Of a stretch of 22,433 bases of DNA, positions 8,259-15,825 are shown piece by piece. This DNA comes from an uncultured Methanosarcinales archaeon (GTDB taxonomy: Archaea > Nanobdellota > Nanobdellia > Woesearchaeales > JAGVZT01): the NCBI GenBank assembly GCA_964419615.1, contig CAYQPU010000029.1:1-22433 (forward strand), given 5' to 3'. The notes beneath the pieces were generated by a model. It ran no database searches and was not told the origin of the DNA. It saw only the letters and a list, made by a program, of their open reading frames with translations. Made by a program: the position numbers and the translations under genes. Every line of letters begins with the position of its first letter. Position 1 is the stretch's first letter.

Positions 8259-8784
8259 AGACCTGTAAATACCCGCATAGAATTAGTCCATTGATTATGT
8301 TATTTTTAAGTTCTGCTGGGAAATCATCGAAATTTTTCCGACAGTGTAATTGAATCTTCCGCTTTAGAATCTTTTCATACTTTTCTAAGTTAATGTGTTT
8401 CTCAGTACATTGGATATAAATATCGATATCACTTGTTTCTAGATCTTCTCCCCGAGAGTAAGATCCAAACAAGATGATACATTTGGGTAATAAGGTGTCT
8501 GATAAGTAAGATATCAAATCTTGAATCAGAATCTGATTGGAAACTGTCTTTAATTTTCTGTACTCTGAATGATTTATGTTTGCTCGGTATAAGGGAAATT
8601 TTCTTGTTCCTCTTTTTTCAATTTCTTTTATAATGATCTTTTCTTTGAGTAGGATATTAAGGTGGTTTTTTACTGAAGTATGAGCTGTTTTGGTTTTTCT
8701 GCTGATTTCAATTAGGTAATGTGATTTTGTTGGTTCATCAAAGAATACTTTTGCTGTTTTTAATATATTATATTTTTGTAACAT
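8248..8784 (-). CDS. HTH-fused minimal nucleotidyltransferase (MNT antitoxin-like)
   Basis: N-terminal winged HTH (HYLIEISRKTKTAHTSVKNHL) and LFGSYSRGEDLETSDIDIYI (GS..DxD). Confidence 0.88.
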   Translation of the reverse strand: MLQKYNILKTAKVFFDEPTKSHYLIEISRKTKTAHTSVKNHLNILLKEKIIIKEIEKRGTRKFPLYRANINHSEYRKLKTVSNQILIQDLISYLSDTLLPKCIILFGSYSRGEDLETSDIDIYIQCTEKHINLEKYEKILKRKIQLHCRKNFDDFPAELKNNIINGLILCGYLQVYDN

Positions 8785-8886
8785 ATGCGATATTAATGTA
8801 ATATGTTATATAAATAAGTTTTTGTTTCAGGTTTTTCCGACATATTTATCACAAAAAATATAAATAAAAAGATCCTGTATCAATGT

Positions 8887-8985
8887 ATGTTCCAATTCAA
8901 AAAAGTTGACTGGCTGACGCTTGCTTTAGGAATTATTGGTTTGTTGTTAATAATATGGTTTGTTGTAAGAGTCACAGGTGGTTAA
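8887..8985 (+). CDS. 32-aa single-pass membrane micro-protein
   Basis: Not in ORF track. MFQFKKVDWLTLALGIIGLLLIIWFVVRVTGG*. AATATAAA box (8857-8864) ends 22 nt before this ATG; the stop overlaps the next gene's GTG. Confidence 0.6.
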   Translation: MFQFKKVDWLTLALGIIGLLLIIWFVVRVTGG

Positions 8986-9232
8986 TATTAACAGAAAAAG
9001 ATTAACAAAAATTGCGAGTACCTTGGTTTATTATGTATTCTTGGTTTTCTTGTTATATGTTATATTTGAACTAATTAGAAAACTTGTAGGCGGAAGCCTT
9101 GGTTTTGAAGAAATTGTCATTGCTTTATTAATTGCCAATATTGGATACTCATTTTATTTAAAGGACTCAATAAGTAAAGTGGATGCAAAGATTTCTGGTC
9201 ATATTGGTTGGCACAAAGGAAAGGATAGTTAA
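8978..9232 (+). CDS. Small two-TM membrane protein
   Basis: 84 aa, two hydrophobic helices separated by RKLVGGSLGFEE, basic C-terminal tail. Confidence 0.7.
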   Translation: MVNINRKRLTKIASTLVYYVFLVFLLYVIFELIRKLVGGSLGFEEIVIALLIANIGYSFYLKDSISKVDAKISGHIGWHKGKDS

Positions 9233-9248
9233 ACGTGAAGTTTTAATT

Positions 9249-9614
9249 TTAACCTAATAACTTTGGAACATAGCCATCCCAAGATTCAACAATATCTGGG
9301 TGTTCTGTCAAATATTCTAAAGCTTGTGCGACTTTTACTCTTTCCGGTATTAGAAATAGGTCAGTGTTAAGGGTATTGCTCCCTTGAAGATCATTAGAAT
9401 TATTTGATAGATCAGATATTATCTCTTGTCTATGTAAACCATCTTGATATGTTTTTAGTGCAGCAATCAATGCATATCCATCTTTTGCATCAGATACTTC
9501 TGATATGTATGCACAATAAATTAGTATGTCTTGCTCAGAAGTCATCTCACCAGCAAAAACTATTGATATATCTGGTTGTCCTCTTGACTGCACTTTTGTA
9601 ACAGGAATTCTCAT
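9249..9614 (-). CDS. Hypothetical protein
   Basis: 121-aa ORF; TTATATAA box ends 21 nt before the ATG; no motif recognised. Confidence 0.65.
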   Translation of the reverse strand: MRIPVTKVQSRGQPDISIVFAGEMTSEQDILIYCAYISEVSDAKDGYALIAALKTYQDGLHRQEIISDLSNNSNDLQGSNTLNTDLFLIPERVKVAQALEYLTEHPDIVESWDGYVPKLLG

Positions 9615-9678
9615 TAGAATTGGGATAATTAATTGTTATATAATTGTTCTGATTATTTATTACTTGAAAATAAAAAAA

Positions 9679-10170
9679 TTAAGTTAGAATATAATCAACA
9701 ATATTAGTAGGTTGATCATTGTTTTTTATCATTTCTCTAAGATGTTGTGCTTTTTCTGGTGGTACTTGATATCTTTCTGTTACACTTTCTAGCAAAGGTG
9801 CATTATTTAACTTAAATAATGATCTTGGGAAAAACTCAACAAGAATATTCCATAAATTTGTTAACTTTTCACTCTTTGCAAGCCAGGGAGCATAATCTTT
9901 TAAAACATAGTTAGATGGAGGCATTGCACTAAATCCACTTCTTAATCTAGCTTCAACATTACAGGGTTCTGTTATATAAAAAAGGTTAATTTTGTCTTGC
10001 TGTGCGTACTCAAATACACGATAATAGGTGAATCTATGTATAATGAATTGTGGGCGAGTTCCATGAGTTTCGATTTCATCAAGTAATTGGTCTGACATTT
10101 TCATTAGTAATGGGTCAAGCGATCTATCATAATCGTGGCTGGATCTATTGGTATGATTGTTTGTTGTCAT
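9679..10170 (-). CDS. Hypothetical protein
   Basis: 163-aa ORF; TTATTATA box ends 22 nt before the ATG; no motif recognised. Confidence 0.65.
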   Translation of the reverse strand: MTTNNHTNRSSHDYDRSLDPLLMKMSDQLLDEIETHGTRPQFIIHRFTYYRVFEYAQQDKINLFYITEPCNVEARLRSGFSAMPPSNYVLKDYAPWLAKSEKLTNLWNILVEFFPRSLFKLNNAPLLESVTERYQVPPEKAQHLREMIKNNDQPTNIVDYILT

Positions 10171-10252
10171 GTGATTTAAGAATTTGGAAAAATATAATAA
10201 ATATCTGTTTTTATAGAAAAATTTAATAACTAGTTATACCTTACCGTCCTCT

Positions 10253-10321
10253 ATGAATAATAGAGTAATTGCTTTGGGTATGAAAGGCACTTGTTCTAGT
10301 TTTCTCTACTTTATGCGGTGA
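10253..10321 (+). other. Possible 22-aa upstream (leader) ORF
   Basis: MNNRVIALGMKGTCSSFLYFMR*; TTTAATAA (10222-10229) ends 23 nt before its ATG. It is short enough to be chance. Confidence 0.3.
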
Positions 10322-10454
10322 AAGCCACCTTCAGTACAAACATTTAATTTCTCTTTAGGCTAAACCTATGGTGATAATTGATGCGAAAGCTGTTTTCTGG
10401 AATTTATTGATATGCAAGAGATATTTTTTTGATTTTGTCTAGTCCTTGCTATAT

Positions 10455-10460
10455 GGAGGT
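10455..10460 (+). promoter_or_regulatory. Shine-Dalgarno site GGAGGT
   Basis: Perfect SD 5 nt upstream of ATG 10466; the only perfect one I found in the window. Confidence 0.75.
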
Positions 10461-10465
10461 AAAAA

Positions 10466-11335
10466 ATGAACTTAGCGAGAGCTATAGACTTGGATACTAT
10501 CAGAACTAACTATGATTTGATTCCAAGTCAAGTAAATGGAAAACTAAAAGAAAAAATAACTGGGAGGTTTGGATTGGATACTGATCACATCAAGGTTAGT
10601 AATAGCTCTCTTGGATTATTAAGAGCTTTGATTGATCAGCTTAATGGGGATGTTGGGGTTTTTGCACCTGATTATTTTGAGTTTTTCCAGGTTGCAGAAG
10701 AGATAGATAAACTGCACTCTGGACTAGCAGGGGTGCTTTTATCTAATCCAAATAATCCAACAGGACAGTACAAGGATTTGCATGAGTTAGTTAGGAGTAC
10801 AAGAGATAACAATAGTTTGCTGATTGTAGATGAAGCGTACATTGAGTTTGTCGGAGAAGAACTTTCAGCAGCTAACTTTGTTTTACTTAATCCTCATGTT
10901 GTAGTGCTTAGAACCTTTTCAAAGTTTTATGGGATTAAAGAAGATAAAGTTGGTTATGTAATTGGTGCACCTGATCTAATTGCAGATTTGGATGTTAATG
11001 AACTTAGTGAGTATGCACTACTTAATGCTGAGAGTAGATACAATGCTGTAAACAAAAATGATGCATTGCATGATGTCAGGATTAGAAGAGACATTCTTAG
11101 GGGATTAATTACAAATGTGACAACAAAGATTGTTGATAGTGATGCAAATTTCTTGATGGCAAAGAACGGAGAGTATGGCTTAAAGAATCTACTTGATGAC
11201 ATTGATGTGAGTGTTGTTGATCTTAACAAAACTCCTGGTGTTGAGGATCTTGGGTATGTTAGGATAGCAGTTGGATCTTACGAACAATTAGGAGAACTAA
11301 AGAGGAGAATATGCGAATTAAAGACGCAACTATAG
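10466..11335 (+). CDS. PLP-dependent class I/II aminotransferase-fold enzyme (HisC/CobD-like, shortened)
   Basis: LSNPNNPTG, IVDEAYIEF, LRTFSKFYG (PLP Lys), SDANFL, VRIAVG. Confidence 0.88.
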   Translation: MNLARAIDLDTIRTNYDLIPSQVNGKLKEKITGRFGLDTDHIKVSNSSLGLLRALIDQLNGDVGVFAPDYFEFFQVAEEIDKLHSGLAGVLLSNPNNPTGQYKDLHELVRSTRDNNSLLIVDEAYIEFVGEELSAANFVLLNPHVVVLRTFSKFYGIKEDKVGYVIGAPDLIADLDVNELSEYALLNAESRYNAVNKNDALHDVRIRRDILRGLITNVTTKIVDSDANFLMAKNGEYGLKNLLDDIDVSVVDLNKTPGVEDLGYVRIAVGSYEQLGELKRRICELKTQL

Positions 11336-11712
11336 ATGAAGCTATAGAAAACATTGATTTAATTAGGAGAAGGATTCCTGAAAAGGAATCTCTTTCTCCA
11401 TTTGATCTAGTTGAAAGACTAAAGGGAAAAGTACATGGGATTAAGATTGCAATTGGTGAGAGCATAGATGGACTTATGATTTGGTATGATGATGAAGGTG
11501 ATTTGTATTTATGGATTGGTGCTGTGGAAAAACCAGGAATTGGGATTGGATCAAAAATAATGAGAACTATTGATTCTGAAACATATTACAATAGATGGTA
11601 TGTAAAGATAAAACATGGTAATAAATTAGCTAAGAATTGTTTGGATAAGTTTGGATTTAAAAAGTATAAGATAGATGAAAAGGTTGTTTACTTGGAAAGA
11701 ATCATTAATTAG
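11311..11712 (+). CDS. GNAT-family N-acetyltransferase
   Basis: LYLWIGAVEKPGIGIGSKIM (motif A-like) and NKLAKNCLDKFGF (motif B); overlaps the PLP enzyme by 25 nt. Confidence 0.72.
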   Translation: MRIKDATIDEAIENIDLIRRRIPEKESLSPFDLVERLKGKVHGIKIAIGESIDGLMIWYDDEGDLYLWIGAVEKPGIGIGSKIMRTIDSETYYNRWYVKIKHGNKLAKNCLDKFGFKKYKIDEKVVYLERIIN

Positions 11713-11761
11713 TTCATTGACTTAGAAAGATATATATTCTTATTTGTTTTCTTATAGTGTA

Positions 11762-12145
11762 ATGCCCAAACAAATTGATATGCTGATTTTGGAAGATGAT
11801 GAAGAGATGATTTGTTTTATTGAAAGACTGTATCTTCCACAAGGTACTGATTGTGATTTTGTAAAAAGTCGAGAGCAATTTAAAGATTGGCTTGATCAAG
11901 GTAATCAAGCAAAATTGTATTTACTGGATAATCAAGTTCCATTAAATGAAGAGAACAATGAACCTTATCCTTTTTTTGATCCTAATTATGACACTTTGGT
12001 AAAAAAACATCCAAAGGCCAAAGTATTTTACACAGGTAGTTCAAGACCCTATGAACTTTTTGAATTTTGTGAAGAAAGAAATATTGGGATTATTGATTAT
12101 AATGAGATTCCAAGGTTAGTTGAGGAGCATCTTACTGAAAGTTAA
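11762..12145 (+). CDS. Stand-alone receiver (CheY-like) domain protein 1
   Basis: LILEDD, YLLD (D56), FYTG (T91). Start moved to ATG 11762 (TATATATT 11731-11738, 23-nt gap; matches paralog N-terminus). Confidence 0.75.
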   Translation: MPKQIDMLILEDDEEMICFIERLYLPQGTDCDFVKSREQFKDWLDQGNQAKLYLLDNQVPLNEENNEPYPFFDPNYDTLVKKHPKAKVFYTGSSRPYELFEFCEERNIGIIDYNEIPRLVEEHLTES

Positions 12146-12154
12146 GGTTATAAA

Positions 12155-12541
12155 ATGGTTAAACAAATTGATCTATTGGTTTTGGAAGATACTGAGATTT
12201 ATTTTGAAGTTATGGAAATGGATTTTCCAGAAGGTATGACTTATGAAGTTGTTGTTAATAGCAGGGAGTTTAAAGACTGGCTTAAAGAGGGAAACCAAGC
12301 TAAGATTTATTTATTAGATAATGAGGTTCCACCTTTTATTCACTCCCAACCTAAAGCTGCTTTTATTGATAATTGTGATAGGTTAATTGAAACATATCCC
12401 AAAGCCAGAGTGTATTTTACAAGCAGGGATCCAAAACAAGATGTTGTTTCTTACTGTGAACAAAAAGATATTAAGATTGTAAGAATTGGAGAGATTGTTG
12501 ATATATATAAAGCAAGAGTTCTTATGAATAGTTTTAGTTAA
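12155..12541 (+). CDS. Stand-alone receiver (CheY-like) domain protein 2
   Basis: LVLEDT, YLLD (D55), YFTS (T89); clear paralog of the preceding ORF (FKDWLxxGNQAKxYLLDNxVP shared). Confidence 0.75.
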   Translation: MVKQIDLLVLEDTEIYFEVMEMDFPEGMTYEVVVNSREFKDWLKEGNQAKIYLLDNEVPPFIHSQPKAAFIDNCDRLIETYPKARVYFTSRDPKQDVVSYCEQKDIKIVRIGEIVDIYKARVLMNSFS

Positions 12542-12587
12542 TACTAATACAATAGATTTATGAATAATTCTTGATTACCTTTTGACT

Positions 12588-13139
12588 ATGTTTCCACAGA
12601 TTAATGATCAGTACATTCCAACAGATTTGGATAGGATGCTTAAAGGATTAGCTTTTGAGTTCATTGAGTTTAAGGGTTTTATTGCCCTTACATTGATGGG
12701 AAGTCAGGTAACAAGGATCAATATTAAGCCTAAATCTGATACAGATGTTGCAATGATAACTTTTCTTGAGATGGCAGAAGAAGATGTGGATTACATCAAT
12801 GGTGAATTACATAGTGCTCTTGTGAAAGCTAAATACTTACCATGTCCTTTAGTTAATCCAAAGCTTGTTACACTTAATACACAAGTGTTACCTGGAAATT
12901 CTTATATGCTTGAACAAATGTTTATTAGACGTCAAATAACTGATAGCATGACTTTAAATGAGATTGTTGCTTATTTCCCTTATTGTCTTCCTTTTGGTGT
13001 GAATTATGGTCATTATCAACTGATTCAAGATGCTCAAAGTCAAGTGTGTGAATTGGTTAATGATACTGATTCTCCTGGTTTTGTTAAGGATCAGATGCAT
13101 AAGATTTTACAGAGAATGTATAGGGGGATGGAGTCATAA
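12588..13139 (+). CDS. Probable DNA pol-beta-superfamily nucleotidyltransferase
   Basis: ALTLMGSQVTRINIKPKSDTDVAMI = hhGS-x11-DxD-hh. ATG 12588 preferred over TTG 12582. Confidence 0.6.
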   Translation: MFPQINDQYIPTDLDRMLKGLAFEFIEFKGFIALTLMGSQVTRINIKPKSDTDVAMITFLEMAEEDVDYINGELHSALVKAKYLPCPLVNPKLVTLNTQVLPGNSYMLEQMFIRRQITDSMTLNEIVAYFPYCLPFGVNYGHYQLIQDAQSQVCELVNDTDSPGFVKDQMHKILQRMYRGMES

Positions 13140-13529
13140 TTGGTTTTTCAAAACAACACAAATTTTATATATAGACTCTACTTTCCAGTAGATATGGAAG
13201 GTGAAAGTACACATTATTTTGCGTCAACTTATCATAGTGATTTTATTGACCTAGGTAAGCCACTTAAGTCATACAATGTTATAGAGGCTGTTACTTCAAC
13301 ATTGGAAGCATTTGGACATATTAATGAGTACCCGAGATTAGTTTTACATGAACCAGGTAGTGATCCTTTTGGTATTGAAGAGGAGATAATTGCCCTTGGA
13401 GGAAGCCTACCTGATAAGAAAAGAACTCTTGTTGCATTATCAATCCCACAGGAAAATGTAGCTAAAGTTACTGATTATTTGTCAGATAAATGTGGATTAG
13501 AGTTAATAGCTGAAAGGCAATCTGAGTAA
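13140..13529 (+). CDS. Hypothetical protein coupled to the upstream nucleotidyltransferase
   Basis: TTG directly follows the upstream TAA, with GGAG at 13130-13133; no motif recognised. Confidence 0.6.
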   Translation: MVFQNNTNFIYRLYFPVDMEGESTHYFASTYHSDFIDLGKPLKSYNVIEAVTSTLEAFGHINEYPRLVLHEPGSDPFGIEEEIIALGGSLPDKKRTLVALSIPQENVAKVTDYLSDKCGLELIAERQSE

Positions 13530-13631
13530 ATGTTTTTTCTATGTGCACAGCCATTAAAAACGATACCCTTAAATAGTACCAGTTATTTACCAAAACCACG
13601 ATTTTGAAACAAACTAGGGGGTTAGATATAT

Positions 13632-15275
13632 ATGACAAATCAAGTACAACCAATATTTATTTTGCCAGAAGGTTCTCAGAGAACTACTGGAAAGAACGCT
13701 CAAAGAACAAATATTATGGCAGCTCAGATAGTTGCTGAGACTGTTAGAACTACACTAGGTCCAAAAGGTATGGATAAGATGTTAGTTGATTCTTTAGGAG
13801 ATGTTGTTGTTACAAATGACGGAGTAACTATTTTAGAAGAGATGAGTATTGAGCATCCATCTGCAAAAATGATTGTTGAGGTTGCAAAGACTCAGGAAGA
13901 TGAGGTTGGAGATGGAACCACAACTGCTGTTGTTTTAGCAGGTGAGTTATTGAAAAGAGCTGAAGATCTTATGGATATGGATATTCATCCAACTGTTTTG
14001 GTTAAAGGTTATAATATGGCTGCTGAAAAAGCACAGCTAATACTCGGTAATCTGGCTGAAGAAGTATCTAAAGAAGATACAGATATTTTAAGAAAGATTG
14101 CAATGACTGCCATGACTGGAAAAGGGGCTGAGGCTAATAAAGCTAAGCTTGGTGATTTGGTTGTTAGAGCTGTAAAGCAAGTTTCTGAAAAAGCAGATGG
14201 TCAGAATGAAGTTGATATTAGTGATATTAAGATTGAAAAAAAGGTTGGAGCTGGAGTTGAGGACACTGAACTTGTCCAAGGTATTGTTTTGGATAAAGAA
14301 AGAGTTCATTCTGGTATGAATAAAAGTATTAAGGAAGCAAAAGTTGCTTTGCTTGATGCTGCAATTGAAGTTAAAAATCCAGAGACAGATGCAAAGATCC
14401 AGATAACAGATCCTTCTCAGATTCAGGCTTTTTTAAGTCAAGAAGAGAATATGCTAAAAGATATGGTTAAGAGAATAAAGGATTCAGGAGCAAATGTTGT
14501 TTTCTGTCAAAAAGGTATTGGAGATATTGCACAACATTTCTTAGCTAAGCAGAGTGTATATGCTGTTAGAAGAGTTAAGAAAAGTGACATGGATCTTTTA
14601 GCTAGAGCTACTGGTGCAAATGTTGTTTCAAATATTGATGACTTAGAAAAAGAGGATCTTGGTTTTGCTGGTCTTGTGCAAGAAAAGAAGGTTGGAGATG
14701 AGCAGATGACTTTTGTTAAGGATTGTAAGAATCCAAAAGCTGTTACCATCTTAGTTAGAGGTGGAACAGAACACGTTGTTGATGAGATCAAGAGAGCAAT
14801 TGACGATGCTGTTGGTGGAGTCGCTTCTGCTTTGATTCAAGGAAAAGTAGTTGCTGGAGCTGGTTCACCTGAAATTGAGCTTGCAAGAAACTTAAGAAAG
14901 TTTTCTGAAAGCTTATCTGGTAGAGAGCAGTTAGGTGTGATTGCTTTTGCAGATGCAATGGAAATAATTCCAAGAACATTAGCAGAAAATGCTGGTCTTG
15001 ATCCAATTGACATTTTGACTGAGATGAAATCAGAACATGATAAAGGAAACAAGTGGGCTGGTGTTGATGTGTTTTCAGGTAAGATTGTTGATTCCTGGAA
15101 AGCAGGAGTTATTGAACCTCTTAAGATAAAAACACAAGCAATTAAGTCTGCTTCTGAGGTTGCAACCATGATTCTTAGAATTGATGATGTGATTGCATCA
15201 TCTGGTTCAAAAGATTCAGGAGCACCAGCTATGCCTCCAGGCATGGGTGGAATGGGTGGTATGCCTCCTTATTGA
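13632..15275 (+). CDS. ths: Thermosome subunit (group II chaperonin)
   Basis: [42 protein letters not shown]-type tail [13 protein letters not shown]. Confidence 0.98.
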   Translation: MTNQVQPIFILPEGSQRTTGKNAQRTNIMAAQIVAETVRTTLGPKGMDKMLVDSLGDVVVTNDGVTILEEMSIEHPSAKMIVEVAKTQEDEVGDGTTTAVVLAGELLKRAEDLMDMDIHPTVLVKGYNMAAEKAQLILGNLAEEVSKEDTDILRKIAMTAMTGKGAEANKAKLGDLVVRAVKQVSEKADGQNEVDISDIKIEKKVGAGVEDTELVQGIVLDKERVHSGMNKSIKEAKVALLDAAIEVKNPETDAKIQITDPSQIQAFLSQEENMLKDMVKRIKDSGANVVFCQKGIGDIAQHFLAKQSVYAVRRVKKSDMDLLARATGANVVSNIDDLEKEDLGFAGLVQEKKVGDEQMTFVKDCKNPKAVTILVRGGTEHVVDEIKRAIDDAVGGVASALIQGKVVAGAGSPEIELARNLRKFSESLSGREQLGVIAFADAMEIIPRTLAENAGLDPIDILTEMKSEHDKGNKWAGVDVFSGKIVDSWKAGVIEPLKIKTQAIKSASEVATMILRIDDVIASSGSKDSGAPAMPPGMGGMGGMPPY

Positions 15276-15302
15276 TTTTTTTTATTTTCGATTATTATTT
15301 TT
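15276..15302 (+). terminator. Probable oligo-T archaeal terminator after ths
   Basis: T7 run immediately after the TGA, followed by further T tracts. Confidence 0.5.
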
Positions 15303-15339
15303 CACAAAACTTATATATTGGTAAATTTAAAATGAGTTT

Positions 15340-15801
15340 ATGAAGCGTTTGATATTGCTGATAGTATTGACTTTTATGTTAGTAGGTTGTAATCAGGTTA
15401 CACAACCAACTGATTCAAAGGGCCTTACTTTTACAAATACTGCTCAAGATAAGGATATTATGCCATGTGGTTTACCATCATGCAAGTACTGGTTACCATG
15501 CCTATGTGCTGAATTAGAAGAGTATGAAGATGATTTATTTGTTTGCAAGGAAGGTTTAAAACTTGATCCTAACAGTGATAGAGACCTAGATTTGCTTACT
15601 AATGCAAATGCTGTTGAAAGGATCAATAAGGGTTTAGAAAACACAGCTTGTTATGAATTTCCAGATATTGTTGGTACATTTATGACTGAGGATAGAACTC
15701 AGCTTGTTGTTTTTGAGGACTGTAAAGATTTTTCTCACAGAACAGGTATCTCAGTTGTTGGAAAGGATGTTTATATTTGCAATTATAAAAAGTATGATTA
15801 A
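15340..15801 (+). CDS. Cys-rich lipoprotein
   Basis: Signal peptide MKRLILLIVLTFMLVGC (lipobox, C17) and 8 more Cys; CTTATATA box ends 22 nt before the ATG. Confidence 0.75.
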   Translation: MKRLILLIVLTFMLVGCNQVTQPTDSKGLTFTNTAQDKDIMPCGLPSCKYWLPCLCAELEEYEDDLFVCKEGLKLDPNSDRDLDLLTNANAVERINKGLENTACYEFPDIVGTFMTEDRTQLVVFEDCKDFSHRTGISVVGKDVYICNYKKYD

Positions 15802-15825
15802 GATAAACAATTTGAAAAATACAGG

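Noticed and set aside
10312-10340. TATGCGGTGAAAG resembles group II intron domain V
   Set aside because: The flanking GAGCCG and GTACGGTT arms are missing, the long D5 helix cannot form, and there is no RT gene or split gene.
10368-10442. 24-aa ORF MVIIDAKAVFWNLLICKRYFFDFV
   Set aside because: No SD or TATA at the standard spacing; an ORF of this length is expected by chance.
10253-10465. Assignment of the leader to a known riboswitch (cobalamin, c-di-GMP, TPP, preQ1, fluoride)
   Set aside because: Only short fragments match (GGTGAAA, GGCTAAACC); the defining conserved cores are absent.
10466-13529. A single six-gene operon from the PLP enzyme to 13529
   Set aside because: Separate TATA-like boxes precede 11762 and 12588, so I treat it as three units; a functional link remains untested.
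13468-13653. 61-aa minus-strand ORF across the ths promoter
   Set aside because: Overlaps two plus-strand genes and has no coding signal.
15231-15272. ATGGGTGG tandem repeat
   Set aside because: It encodes the ordinary chaperonin GGM tail.
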